Shown one piece after another: positions 9,453 through 16,839 of a stretch of DNA of 61,217 bases. Location: assembly GCA_965363725.1 (NCBI GenBank), contig CBDTUS010000002.1:1-61217 (forward strand), read 5' to 3'. Within the stretch, counting starts at the first letter, position 1. Every line of letters begins with the position of its first letter. A model generated the notes under the pieces. The model did no database searches. It saw only the letters and a program-made list of their open reading frames with translations, and had not been told where the DNA came from. The DNA comes from an uncultured bacterium (lineage in GTDB: Bacteria; Krumholzibacteriota; Krumholzibacteriia; LZORAL124-64-63). A program made the position numbers and the translations under genes.

Positions 9453-10593
9453 CGTATCATTAATTCCGATGATGGCTCTCGGACTGCTCATGACGGCCAT
9501 CGCCACCGGAGGCCTCGCCCAGATCGTGGACCCCACTCACCCGGAGGACCACAGGGACACCCACAAACCCGACCGGGTCAAAGCTTGCGGGAGCTGCCAC
9601 ACCTGCCAGACTCCTACTTCCGACAACCCATGTCTGGTGGATTGTCCCCGCCACGGTGGCCATTTCTATGGCGAGCACCAGGCGGACGAAGGGCCCGAGA
9701 TCGTCATCATCGACCAGCTGGCGGACCTCTACCGCCCGGTGGTTTTTGCCCACCGCCTCCATGCGGACATGTCCTACATGAGCGGGGGGTGCGAGAACTG
9801 TCATCATTACTCGGAGCAGTCCGGGACCATTCCCCCCTGCCGCGAGTGTCACGACGAGACCAAGGGTCCGGTCAGCCTGAACCAGCCGGCCCTCAAGGGT
9901 GCCTATCACCGGCAATGCATGAACTGTCACATGGACTGGAGTCACGAAAGTGCCTGTGGGTTCTGTCATGAACAGGTTCACGAAGGCATGGGTTCGGCGG
10001 TGGCCGACACCACCGACATCGTGGGGATTCCCCATCCCAAGATCGAGGCGGTTCCATCCTACACCTACGAGACGAGCTATGACCAGGGGGCCATGGTCAC
10101 CTTCCATCACGACCAGCACGTGGACATGTTCGGGCTCAATTGCGTGGACTGCCACCGGGGTGACAGCTGCGGCCGTTGCCATGATCCCGGCAAGGCTCAG
10201 CAGCAGAGGCTGGATCACGTCACCACCTGCTGCGCCTGCCACGGGGAACGGGACTGCGACTTCTGCCATTCCCCGTTCGCCCAGCCCCAGTTCGAGCACA
10301 CCCGGACCGCGGGATGGTCCCTGAAACCCTACCACACCGATGTCGCCTGCAACACCTGCCACGGGTCGCCCCAAGATTTCCGGACCCCTTCTGACAGATG
10401 CGCGTCATGCCACATCCACTGGGCGGCCGGTGCCTTCGATCACAGTGTCACTGGGCTGACCCTTAGCGAAGATCACCTGGATCTGGATTGCAGCGACTGT
10501 CACCTGGATATGAATTTCAGCAACCGACCGGGCTGTGAAGACTGCCACGATGAACCCCTGTCCCCCCAAAGATTGCCAGGGACCAGGATGTAG
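9445..10593 (+). CDS. Periplasmic multihaem cytochrome c, 13 CxxCH motifs, operon A
   Basis: Track ORF 9406..10593 trimmed to MRNVSLIPMMALGLLMTAIATGGLAQ (GGAGGAGG RBS; overlaps the NrfD stop by 8 nt). Motifs: CGSCH, CENCH, CRECH, CMNCH, CGFCH, CVDCH, CGRCH, CCACH, CDFCH, CNTCH, CASCH, CSDCH, CEDCH. Confidence 0.9.
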   Translation: MRNVSLIPMMALGLLMTAIATGGLAQIVDPTHPEDHRDTHKPDRVKACGSCHTCQTPTSDNPCLVDCPRHGGHFYGEHQADEGPEIVIIDQLADLYRPVVFAHRLHADMSYMSGGCENCHHYSEQSGTIPPCRECHDETKGPVSLNQPALKGAYHRQCMNCHMDWSHESACGFCHEQVHEGMGSAVADTTDIVGIPHPKIEAVPSYTYETSYDQGAMVTFHHDQHVDMFGLNCVDCHRGDSCGRCHDPGKAQQQRLDHVTTCCACHGERDCDFCHSPFAQPQFEHTRTAGWSLKPYHTDVACNTCHGSPQDFRTPSDRCASCHIHWAAGAFDHSVTGLTLSEDHLDLDCSDCHLDMNFSNRPGCEDCHDEPLSPQRLPGTRM

Positions 10594-10603
10594 GGACCAA
10601 GCG

Positions 10604-10633
10604 AAAGGGGCGGCCGACCGGCCGCCCCTTTTT
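10604..10633. terminator. Bidirectional intrinsic terminator shared by the two convergent cytochrome genes
   Basis: AAAGGGGCGGCC-GA-CCGGCCGCCCCTTTTT: ~10-bp GC stem flanked by an A-run and a T-run, inside the 56-bp gap between the stops at 10593 and 10650. Confidence 0.8.
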
Positions 10634-10649
10634 CCTGATGGATATTATG

Positions 10650-11822
10650 CTAGTCGGAAATGCCCGGACCGAAGCTGGCGTGCCGGGTCCAAGTGCGCCC
10701 GTCGTCGTGGCATTGGTCGCAGGTGGAATGCGAGCCCACACCCCCCACATGGCAGTCCCTGCAATCGCCCTCCGCATGGACCTCGTCGAGCACCACCCCG
10801 GTGACCCCGTGGTTGAAATGCTTTTCGTCCCAGCCCTCGAAATGGCAGGTCACACAACGAGGGTCGTTGGCCGTGTATTTCCCGCGCGTGTGATGGCAGT
10901 CGTTGCACTGCAGGACCTTGTGGTAGGGCTGCAATTCCCAGCCGACCTCGGCGTGGTCGAACAGGTCACGGGAATTGCGGCCGTGACACTGCTCGCAACC
11001 CTGGTCCTCCTCATGGCACTGATAGCATGTATCATGAAGATCGATATCGCTGATCAGCCCCAGCGGATGGGACTCGATACCGTGGACATGGCAACTGCTG
11101 CAGGTTTCGTCCCGGTGGCAGACGCTGCAATCCCGGTCGTAGAGATTCACGTGATTGCTGTGGTGGAACGGCACCTTGTCGCCGTCGTCGTAATCGGTTT
11201 CGAAAATGATCAAATCCTTGACGGCCAGGGCCGGCTGATGGGCGGCATGGGGCAGGCTCGCCATCTCGGCGTCGGTCATCCCCCCCACCTTCTTGCGGTG
11301 GCAGAATTCGCAGTGGGTTTCGTTGTCCCATTCGGTATGACAGCTCAGGCATTGGCGATGATAAGCCGCCTTCAGGCCAGGTTCGACCTTGCCGTGCATG
11401 CTTTCCGGAAGGTGACATTCCTTGCAGGCGGGGTGGCCGGCCGAGGGGGGCATGAAGTGGTGGCATTCCACACATCCCTTGGACATCGCGCTCATCTGGG
11501 CATGGATTTCGTGATTGAAATAGACGGGATCGTAGACCTTCTCCATTTCATCCATGACCATGATCTTCTGGCCCGGTAGCCCCCCGTGGCCTAGCGCCCC
11601 CTGCGACCGCTGGCAGAATTGTTTGCTGAGGCACAGATCATCCCTGGTGGGAAATTCACAGGTGTGGCAAAGAGTACAAACCGTATTCTCACCGGAGGTG
11701 GGGACGTAGTCCTCGTAGGCATGAGTCGGCGAACCGCAGGCCAAGAGGCCAACCCCGATCATCAAGCCTAGGACCCACCGTTTTGGTGAACGGACAAGCT
11801 CCGGGTTGCTGAAAATTCGCAT
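10650..11822 (-). CDS. Periplasmic multihaem cytochrome c, 13 CxxCH motifs, operon B
   Basis: Signal/lipoprotein-like N-terminus (..GVGLLACGSP). Motifs: CTLCH, CVECH, CKECH, CLSCH, CEFCH, CSVCH, CSSCH, CYQCH, CEQCH, CNDCH, CVTCH, CRDCH, CDQCH, colinear with 9445..10593. Confidence 0.9.
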   Translation of the reverse strand: MRIFSNPELVRSPKRWVLGLMIGVGLLACGSPTHAYEDYVPTSGENTVCTLCHTCEFPTRDDLCLSKQFCQRSQGALGHGGLPGQKIMVMDEMEKVYDPVYFNHEIHAQMSAMSKGCVECHHFMPPSAGHPACKECHLPESMHGKVEPGLKAAYHRQCLSCHTEWDNETHCEFCHRKKVGGMTDAEMASLPHAAHQPALAVKDLIIFETDYDDGDKVPFHHSNHVNLYDRDCSVCHRDETCSSCHVHGIESHPLGLISDIDLHDTCYQCHEEDQGCEQCHGRNSRDLFDHAEVGWELQPYHKVLQCNDCHHTRGKYTANDPRCVTCHFEGWDEKHFNHGVTGVVLDEVHAEGDCRDCHVGGVGSHSTCDQCHDDGRTWTRHASFGPGISD

Positions 11823-11824
11823 GT

Positions 11825-11971
11825 CTAATCCTTTCGGGGCGGCTTCTTGTGACCTTTTTTCGGGGATTCGAGGGTTTTCGTGAATATCACGAACAACACG
11901 AAGTAGAGAAGGACCACCATGTATTCCAGGCCTTTGGTGGCAAAAATATCGACGAATGTATATTCATCCAT
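11825..11971 (-). CDS. 48-aa single-TM protein between NrfD and cytochrome genes (operon B only)
   Basis: Track ORF 11825..12064 overlaps the NrfD gene, so it was trimmed to the internal ATG: MDEYTFVDIFATKGLEYMVVLLYFVLFVIFTKTLESPKKGHKKPPRKD. AAAGGTGAAG RBS-like sequence upstream. Its stop lies 2 nt before the cytochrome ATG. Confidence 0.45.
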   Translation of the reverse strand: MDEYTFVDIFATKGLEYMVVLLYFVLFVIFTKTLESPKKGHKKPPRKD

Positions 11972-12026
11972 GACTTCACCTTTCGGTGGGAGTGGCCCAG
12001 TCCGCAGGCCCCTCCGTTGCGAAATC

Positions 12027-13307
12027 CTAGTGGTCCATATCCCGCGCCCAGGCGGGAGGATCACCCAGCACTGGCATCCGGTTGACGATCCAGCGCAAGG
12101 CCCAGATCTCCAGGCAAATGATGGTCGCGGTGACCCAGTATTCCGCCCAGTGGGGAATGTAGGGGGTTTCCGCGAACCAGTTGAAGGCGATGACCGAGAT
12201 ATTGATCCGGTTCAGGATGACTCCGACCAGGGTCAAAGAGGCGGCCACCTTGACCAGTTTCACGTTTTCCGTTTGGACCGCCCGATAGAACAGATTGAGA
12301 GGCACCAGCACGAAACCGATGACTTCGACCAGGAACCAGGCGCCCCACCCCGTCAGCAGCAGACCCCACTGCTGGCCATGGATCACTACCAGCACCTTCA
12401 GGAAGAAATAGACGAACATGGCCCCGGCGCAGATCTTGCCCAGCCCGATCGTGATGTCGTCGTGGCGATGGTGCAGATCCTTGCCCACCCGGGAGGCGAA
12501 GACCTTGTGGCTGATGGAACCTTCGACAATCACCATGGACAGCCCGGCAAATACGCTGGAGACCAGGAAAAGCACCGGAATAAATTCGGTATACCACAGG
12601 GGATGGATCTTGCTTTCCGCCATCAGGAACAAGGCGCCCAGCCCCGACTGGTGCAGGGTCGACAGGGTGATCCCGAATATCACCGAAGCGATGGTCAGGC
12701 CCCCGACGATTTTCCGCAGCCTCTTCATGCCCAGCCATTCGGCCACCGCGGGTGAAAACTCGATGAATTCCGCCGCCATGTAGAGCATGAAGTGCCAGGC
12801 CACCAGGAACAGCACCGAACTGACCCCGAAGTTGTTGCCGATGATGGGATTGATGATGTTCCAGGGGCGGCCCAGATCCAGCATCAGGGCCCCCGCGTAA
12901 AACAGGTAGGCCAGGAAGCCGTTCAGGACCACCGATCTGACGATGACGTGATAGCGCTGGCGCCCGAGAATGTAGACGATGAAGGTCATCACGTAGGCCC
13001 CACCCGCCAAGGCCACGCCGGTGACGACATCGAACCCGATCCAGATGCCCCAGGGGTTATCCTGGTCCAGGTTGGTGATGGCGCCGATACCATAGATGAA
13101 GCGGATCGCGATCAGGACCAATCCGACCGCCACGATGATCGATGAAATCACGTTGAAGGGAGTGAGCAGCTTCCCCTTGGGCTTCAGTTCGCCCAGCATG
13201 AAACTCAGAAAATCCCCCACGCTGCCGATGCGGGGTGGCTCAGGCTCCATGGATTCGACCTCGATAGGGACGACCCGTGGAGCACTGGAAGCCTGGGATT
13301 CACTCAT
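12027..13307 (-). CDS. NrfD/HybB/HmcC-type polytopic membrane subunit, operon B
   Basis: LDQDNPWGIWIGFDVVTGVALAGGAY block and ~10 helices. Start overlaps the FeS gene stop (ATGA). Confidence 0.85.
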   Translation of the reverse strand: MSESQASSAPRVVPIEVESMEPEPPRIGSVGDFLSFMLGELKPKGKLLTPFNVISSIIVAVGLVLIAIRFIYGIGAITNLDQDNPWGIWIGFDVVTGVALAGGAYVMTFIVYILGRQRYHVIVRSVVLNGFLAYLFYAGALMLDLGRPWNIINPIIGNNFGVSSVLFLVAWHFMLYMAAEFIEFSPAVAEWLGMKRLRKIVGGLTIASVIFGITLSTLHQSGLGALFLMAESKIHPLWYTEFIPVLFLVSSVFAGLSMVIVEGSISHKVFASRVGKDLHHRHDDITIGLGKICAGAMFVYFFLKVLVVIHGQQWGLLLTGWGAWFLVEVIGFVLVPLNLFYRAVQTENVKLVKVAASLTLVGVILNRINISVIAFNWFAETPYIPHWAEYWVTATIICLEIWALRWIVNRMPVLGDPPAWARDMDH

Positions 13308-14191
13308 GATTCATCTCCAGGGTTGTCGATTTCCGCGATCTGATCTTCTTCTTCCTCTTCGGTCTTGATGTAGCGCATGCCGTTCAGGAACGCCGGCCAC
13401 AGGAGAAACACTACCGGGACCGCGTAGAGGAATTCCTGAGTCAGGGCGGGGACTGGTTCATGGCTCAGGTCATTCCGGAATCCGATCTCGTCGAAGGGCA
13501 CGGCGGAGAGATAGATCCAGCTCGTACCCCCCACCTCGTCCTGCCCGTAGATGTGATCCTCGTACCTGTCGGGGTGGTCGGCGACACGGTTCTGGGCGAT
13601 CCGCACCATTTCCCGGCGGGTGCCGAACTCGAGGGCGTCGACCGGGCACGATTCGACACAGGCCGGAATGCCGCCCTCATCGAGACGTTCATGGCACAGG
13701 ATGCATTTCTGGATCTTGGGATTCGCGCTGTGGTATTCGAACTTGGGCACCACGAAGGGACACGACACCATGCAGAAACGGCAGCCCATGCACTTGGACG
13801 CACGCCAGATGACCGGGCCATCTTCCGTCTTCCACATCGCCTGGGTCAGGCAGGCGGTCGAACAGGCCGCCTGATTGCAGTGCATGCACTGCTTCTTGAC
13901 AAAAATCTCGCCCGCGTCGGTATCGAAACGGTTGACAACCGTCCACTGGTCAGGGGTCATATCCCGCCTACTGTCAAAGACCGATTTGTCCTTGTTGTCG
14001 GGGACGGGCAACCCGTTCTCGGTGGCGCAGGCCACCTCGCAATTACGACAGCCAATGCATCGCGTCGTATCGACGAGGACCGAAACGAATTCTTTACTTT
14101 CCAGAGCGGCCTCGGCTTTGCCTGCCGACGCCACGCCTACGGCCGAAGCTCCGGCGAGGCACAGGTTCTTGAGGAAATCCCTTCGTTCCAT
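13304..14191 (-). CDS. Tat-exported 4x[4Fe-4S] ferredoxin-type subunit, operon B
   Basis: MERRDFLKNLCLAGASAVG twin-arginine signal. CIGCRNCEVAC, CMHCNQAACSTAC, CMGCRFCMVSCP, CILC...ACVESCP. C-terminal hydrophobic anchor and acidic tail. Confidence 0.85.
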   Translation of the reverse strand: MERRDFLKNLCLAGASAVGVASAGKAEAALESKEFVSVLVDTTRCIGCRNCEVACATENGLPVPDNKDKSVFDSRRDMTPDQWTVVNRFDTDAGEIFVKKQCMHCNQAACSTACLTQAMWKTEDGPVIWRASKCMGCRFCMVSCPFVVPKFEYHSANPKIQKCILCHERLDEGGIPACVESCPVDALEFGTRREMVRIAQNRVADHPDRYEDHIYGQDEVGGTSWIYLSAVPFDEIGFRNDLSHEPVPALTQEFLYAVPVVFLLWPAFLNGMRYIKTEEEEEDQIAEIDNPGDES

Positions 14192-14202
14192 GAGAAGCCT
14201 CT

Positions 14203-14592
14203 CTAGTCGTCGACGATGATCTCGTCGGGTTTGATCTCCATGGCGATTTCGCCTCGCTTCTTCATGCCGTCGATCAGGACCGTCCGGATCAGGGCGCAGG
14301 CATCGACGATTCTTCGGTCCGCCGGACGGTAAAAGACCTTGTGTCCCTCTTTGCGGGCCAATACGAGATGCTTGCCTTTCAGGGCGCTCAAATGGCGGCT
14401 GACCGTGGAAAGGGGAGCGCCGAGGATTTCGGCCAGTTCACCAACGCTCAATTCTCTCTTGTCCAGACAAGCCATGATGGCCAGCCTCAAGGGGTTGGCT
14501 AGAACTCGGCAATGGGCGGCGTGGATTTCGAAGATTTCAAGGTTCCGGACTTTCATAAGCATGAACATGTGAAAGTTTTCAATCTTTGTCAA
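14203..14592 (-). CDS. ArsR/SmtB-family transcriptional regulator (start uncertain: TTG 14592 or ATG 14568/14556)
   Basis: HCRVLANPLRLAIMACLDKRELSVGELAEILGAPLSTVSRHLSALKGKHLVLARKEGHKVFY is the ArsR-type wHTH. It lies 11 nt upstream of the FeS gene on the same strand. Confidence 0.8.
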   Translation of the reverse strand: MTKIENFHMFMLMKVRNLEIFEIHAAHCRVLANPLRLAIMACLDKRELSVGELAEILGAPLSTVSRHLSALKGKHLVLARKEGHKVFYRPADRRIVDACALIRTVLIDGMKKRGEIAMEIKPDEIIVDD

Positions 14593-14647
14593 TAATAAAA
14601 CAGGATTGCATAATTATTTAACAATCTCTACTTTTTTGATGTGATTT
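14593..14647 (-). promoter_or_regulatory. AT-rich putative promoter/operator region of the ArsR-led operon
   Basis: Minus-sense sequence ATTGTTAAATAATTATGCAAT is an imperfect ATTG...CAAT dyad, followed by TTGACA. Assigned only from position and composition. Confidence 0.3.
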
Positions 14648-14668
14648 CGGGAGGCCCCGGGCCTCCCG
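14648..14668. terminator. GC-rich stem-loop between the redoxin gene and the ArsR-led operon (possible terminator/insulator)
   Basis: CGGGAGGCC-CCG-GGCCTCCCG, 9-bp stem. The T-run lies only on the + side, so termination of the minus-strand redoxin transcript is uncertain. Confidence 0.4.
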
Positions 14669-14708
14669 TATGTTATTTTATTTCAATTTATTAGAGAAGT
14701 AACCGGGT

Positions 14709-15317
14709 TCAGTGCAGGTACTTCACGCTGCAACCGTAAGGAGGTGTTTCGGCTGTTTTGATGGTTTTGCCCTCTGCGAGGGTTGCCAAAGCCACGGCCA
14801 CGTAGTTCGTATCCCCCAGCTTGTCGGCCGAGCGGTTGTCGTCGATGGCCCCGTTGTAGGCGATCGTCCCGTCCGGAGTGATGATGAACATGTGGGGCGT
14901 GGTCTTAGCTCCATAGGCCCGGCCCACTTCGCCGGCTTCATCGATCAGCAACGGGAAGGGAATCTTGTATTCCTTGACCGCCTTCGCGTTTCTATCCAAG
15001 CCGTGCCCCTGCTTTCCCGGAGCATTGGAATTTATCGCCAGCCAAACCACGCCTTTTTCCTCCACCGCGGCGAAGGTTTCATTCATGGTCTGGTGGTTGG
15101 CGTGATGCTTCTTGATGAAGGGGCAGTCCGGGTTGAACCATTCCAGGACGACGGTGAAGCCCTCGTCCAGGTAGGCTTGCAGGGAATGCTCATTTCCTTC
15201 CGTGTCATTCAGCGTGAAACCCGGAGCTTCATCGCCGGGGGCCAATGCCGCCCCGGCCATGGTGGCGATGAGTAATACGGAGGAAAGGGACAGGATGGTC
15301 AAAGTCGTGCGCAGCAT
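14709..15317 (-). CDS. Exported thioredoxin-fold (redoxin/AhpC-TSA-like) protein
   Basis: Signal peptide, then APGFTLNDTEGNEHSL...VVLEWFNPDCPFIKKHH...TTPHMFIITPDGTIAY...YGCSVKY, a thioredoxin-like fold pattern. Confidence 0.75.
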   Translation of the reverse strand: MLRTTLTILSLSSVLLIATMAGAALAPGDEAPGFTLNDTEGNEHSLQAYLDEGFTVVLEWFNPDCPFIKKHHANHQTMNETFAAVEEKGVVWLAINSNAPGKQGHGLDRNAKAVKEYKIPFPLLIDEAGEVGRAYGAKTTPHMFIITPDGTIAYNGAIDDNRSADKLGDTNYVAVALATLAEGKTIKTAETPPYGCSVKYLH

Positions 15318-15337
15318 GGCAGCATCTTCCTTTATTT

Positions 15338-16186
15338 CTAGGGTGTGGCGGCCGCGAAGGGAACCGCCGGGAAATCGACACGGTAAACACGGGTATTCCC
15401 GCTTTCTTCTTCAACCGAGATCAACCCCCGCACGGGGCCCACGGTATCTCTTTTGGGGCGGAAGCGAAGGGTGAGGCTTTCGCCCCGGCCGTCGTTCAAC
15501 AGGTCGACCAGCGGGCCGCAATCCCCCGTCGGCATGAACGTCAGACTCGCGGCTCCGGGATGGCTCAAGTGGAAGGTCGCGCCTTCCCAACCGGTCTCCA
15601 AGATCCCGTCGGGCACAAGCGCCGGTAGACGATCGGCTGCCACGGAGGCGATATTCGGCTCGCGGTTCCGAATCCGGTCGCTGACCGGCACGGCCACCGA
15701 CAGGGACGTCCTGCCGGGAACGCACATGTCCTTGCAGGCCAGCCATTGGACATCGGCCTGGATCGTAACCGACAGCCCGACCGTGGCGTTGGAGGGTGCC
15801 CCCAACTTCTGGATCAGCACCAGTTCATCGTGGTAGACATGATCCAGGATGTCTCCGGCCGAAACATACCGTTCCGGGGCAGGCCACTGCAGCCCGCCGG
15901 CCACCCAGCCTTCCGGCAGGTCCAGGTCGATGCCGGGAGGGTAGCCTGTGTCGTTGCGGCCGGACCAGTAGAGGTGCCAGCCGTCGGCCAACGCGAACCG
16001 CCAGACCAGGGTCACCGACTCGCCAGGTTCCGCTGCCTCGGGAACGATCTGGGCCGTCACCACCACCGGGTTTTCTTCGGTCGGGACCTCTTGGCCACCG
16101 GAACAACCGGCACAAAAAAGGGACGGCCCGACCAACAAGACCGCCAGCATGAGCATGTATATAAGTCGGTTCCAGAACATGGCCAT
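15338..16186 (-). CDS. DsbD N-terminal (alpha) domain-like lipoprotein
   Basis: Trimmed to MAMFWNRL.... Lipobox ..LFCAGC. ADGWHLYWSGRNDTGYPPGIDLDLPEGW...LQWPAP and WLACKDMCVPG match the DsbD/DsbC N-terminal domain pattern. Confidence 0.75.
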   Translation of the reverse strand: MAMFWNRLIYMLMLAVLLVGPSLFCAGCSGGQEVPTEENPVVVTAQIVPEAAEPGESVTLVWRFALADGWHLYWSGRNDTGYPPGIDLDLPEGWVAGGLQWPAPERYVSAGDILDHVYHDELVLIQKLGAPSNATVGLSVTIQADVQWLACKDMCVPGRTSLSVAVPVSDRIRNREPNIASVAADRLPALVPDGILETGWEGATFHLSHPGAASLTFMPTGDCGPLVDLLNDGRGESLTLRFRPKRDTVGPVRGLISVEEESGNTRVYRVDFPAVPFAAATP

Positions 16187-16313
16187 CAGGATAGGTTGGG
16201 CCCCGGCCTCCCGCCACCCCGTGACCAAATTGTTGCCTGATGACCGGGCCCCGGCTATGCTCCGGAGGTTGAATGGACCTTGTCCCGTTTCCCCTTACCC
16301 GAGGAGCCGCCTC

Positions 16314-16835
16314 ATGAGTTCGACGGAATCCGATTCAGGCAATTCGACCCGCAAGAACCAGGGCTGGATCTACATGATTCTCGTCCTCTTGTCCGTGGGT
16401 GGGGTGGCGATCATGGAGTATTCCGACGTCTACGGATTCTGGTACTGGATCGTGATGGCGATCCTGTTCGGCGGGGTCAGCATCGGCCTGGCCTGGAAAC
16501 ACGACCAGGACACGCCCGGCGACCAGAGCCACCGCGTCAAAAAACAGGCTCTCCACTGGGGCGCGCTGGTTCTGGCCATCCTGATGGTCTTCTTGATGCA
16601 CTACGCCGGGCTTTTTAGCGTGTCCTCAACACCCGGGCTTATTGTTCTGCTCCTGCTGGCCTTTACTGCCGTCCTGGCGGGTGTGCATTTCAACTGGCGC
16701 ATGGCTGTGGTGGGGTTGATCCTGGGCGCCACGTTCGTGGCTGCGGTCGTGGCAGAAGAGTATTTCTGGTATCTGATAGTCGCCGCTTTCGTGACCGCTG
16801 TGGCGATCTTCGCGCTGCGGCGCAAGTCGGAGTAG
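16314..16835 (+). CDS. Integral membrane protein, unknown function
   Basis: Track ORF 16149..16835 trimmed to ATG 16314, which has GAGGAG 8 nt upstream. About six hydrophobic segments. No family recognised. Confidence 0.55.
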   Translation: MSSTESDSGNSTRKNQGWIYMILVLLSVGGVAIMEYSDVYGFWYWIVMAILFGGVSIGLAWKHDQDTPGDQSHRVKKQALHWGALVLAILMVFLMHYAGLFSVSSTPGLIVLLLLAFTAVLAGVHFNWRMAVVGLILGATFVAAVVAEEYFWYLIVAAFVTAVAIFALRRKSE

Positions 16836-16839
16836 AAAA

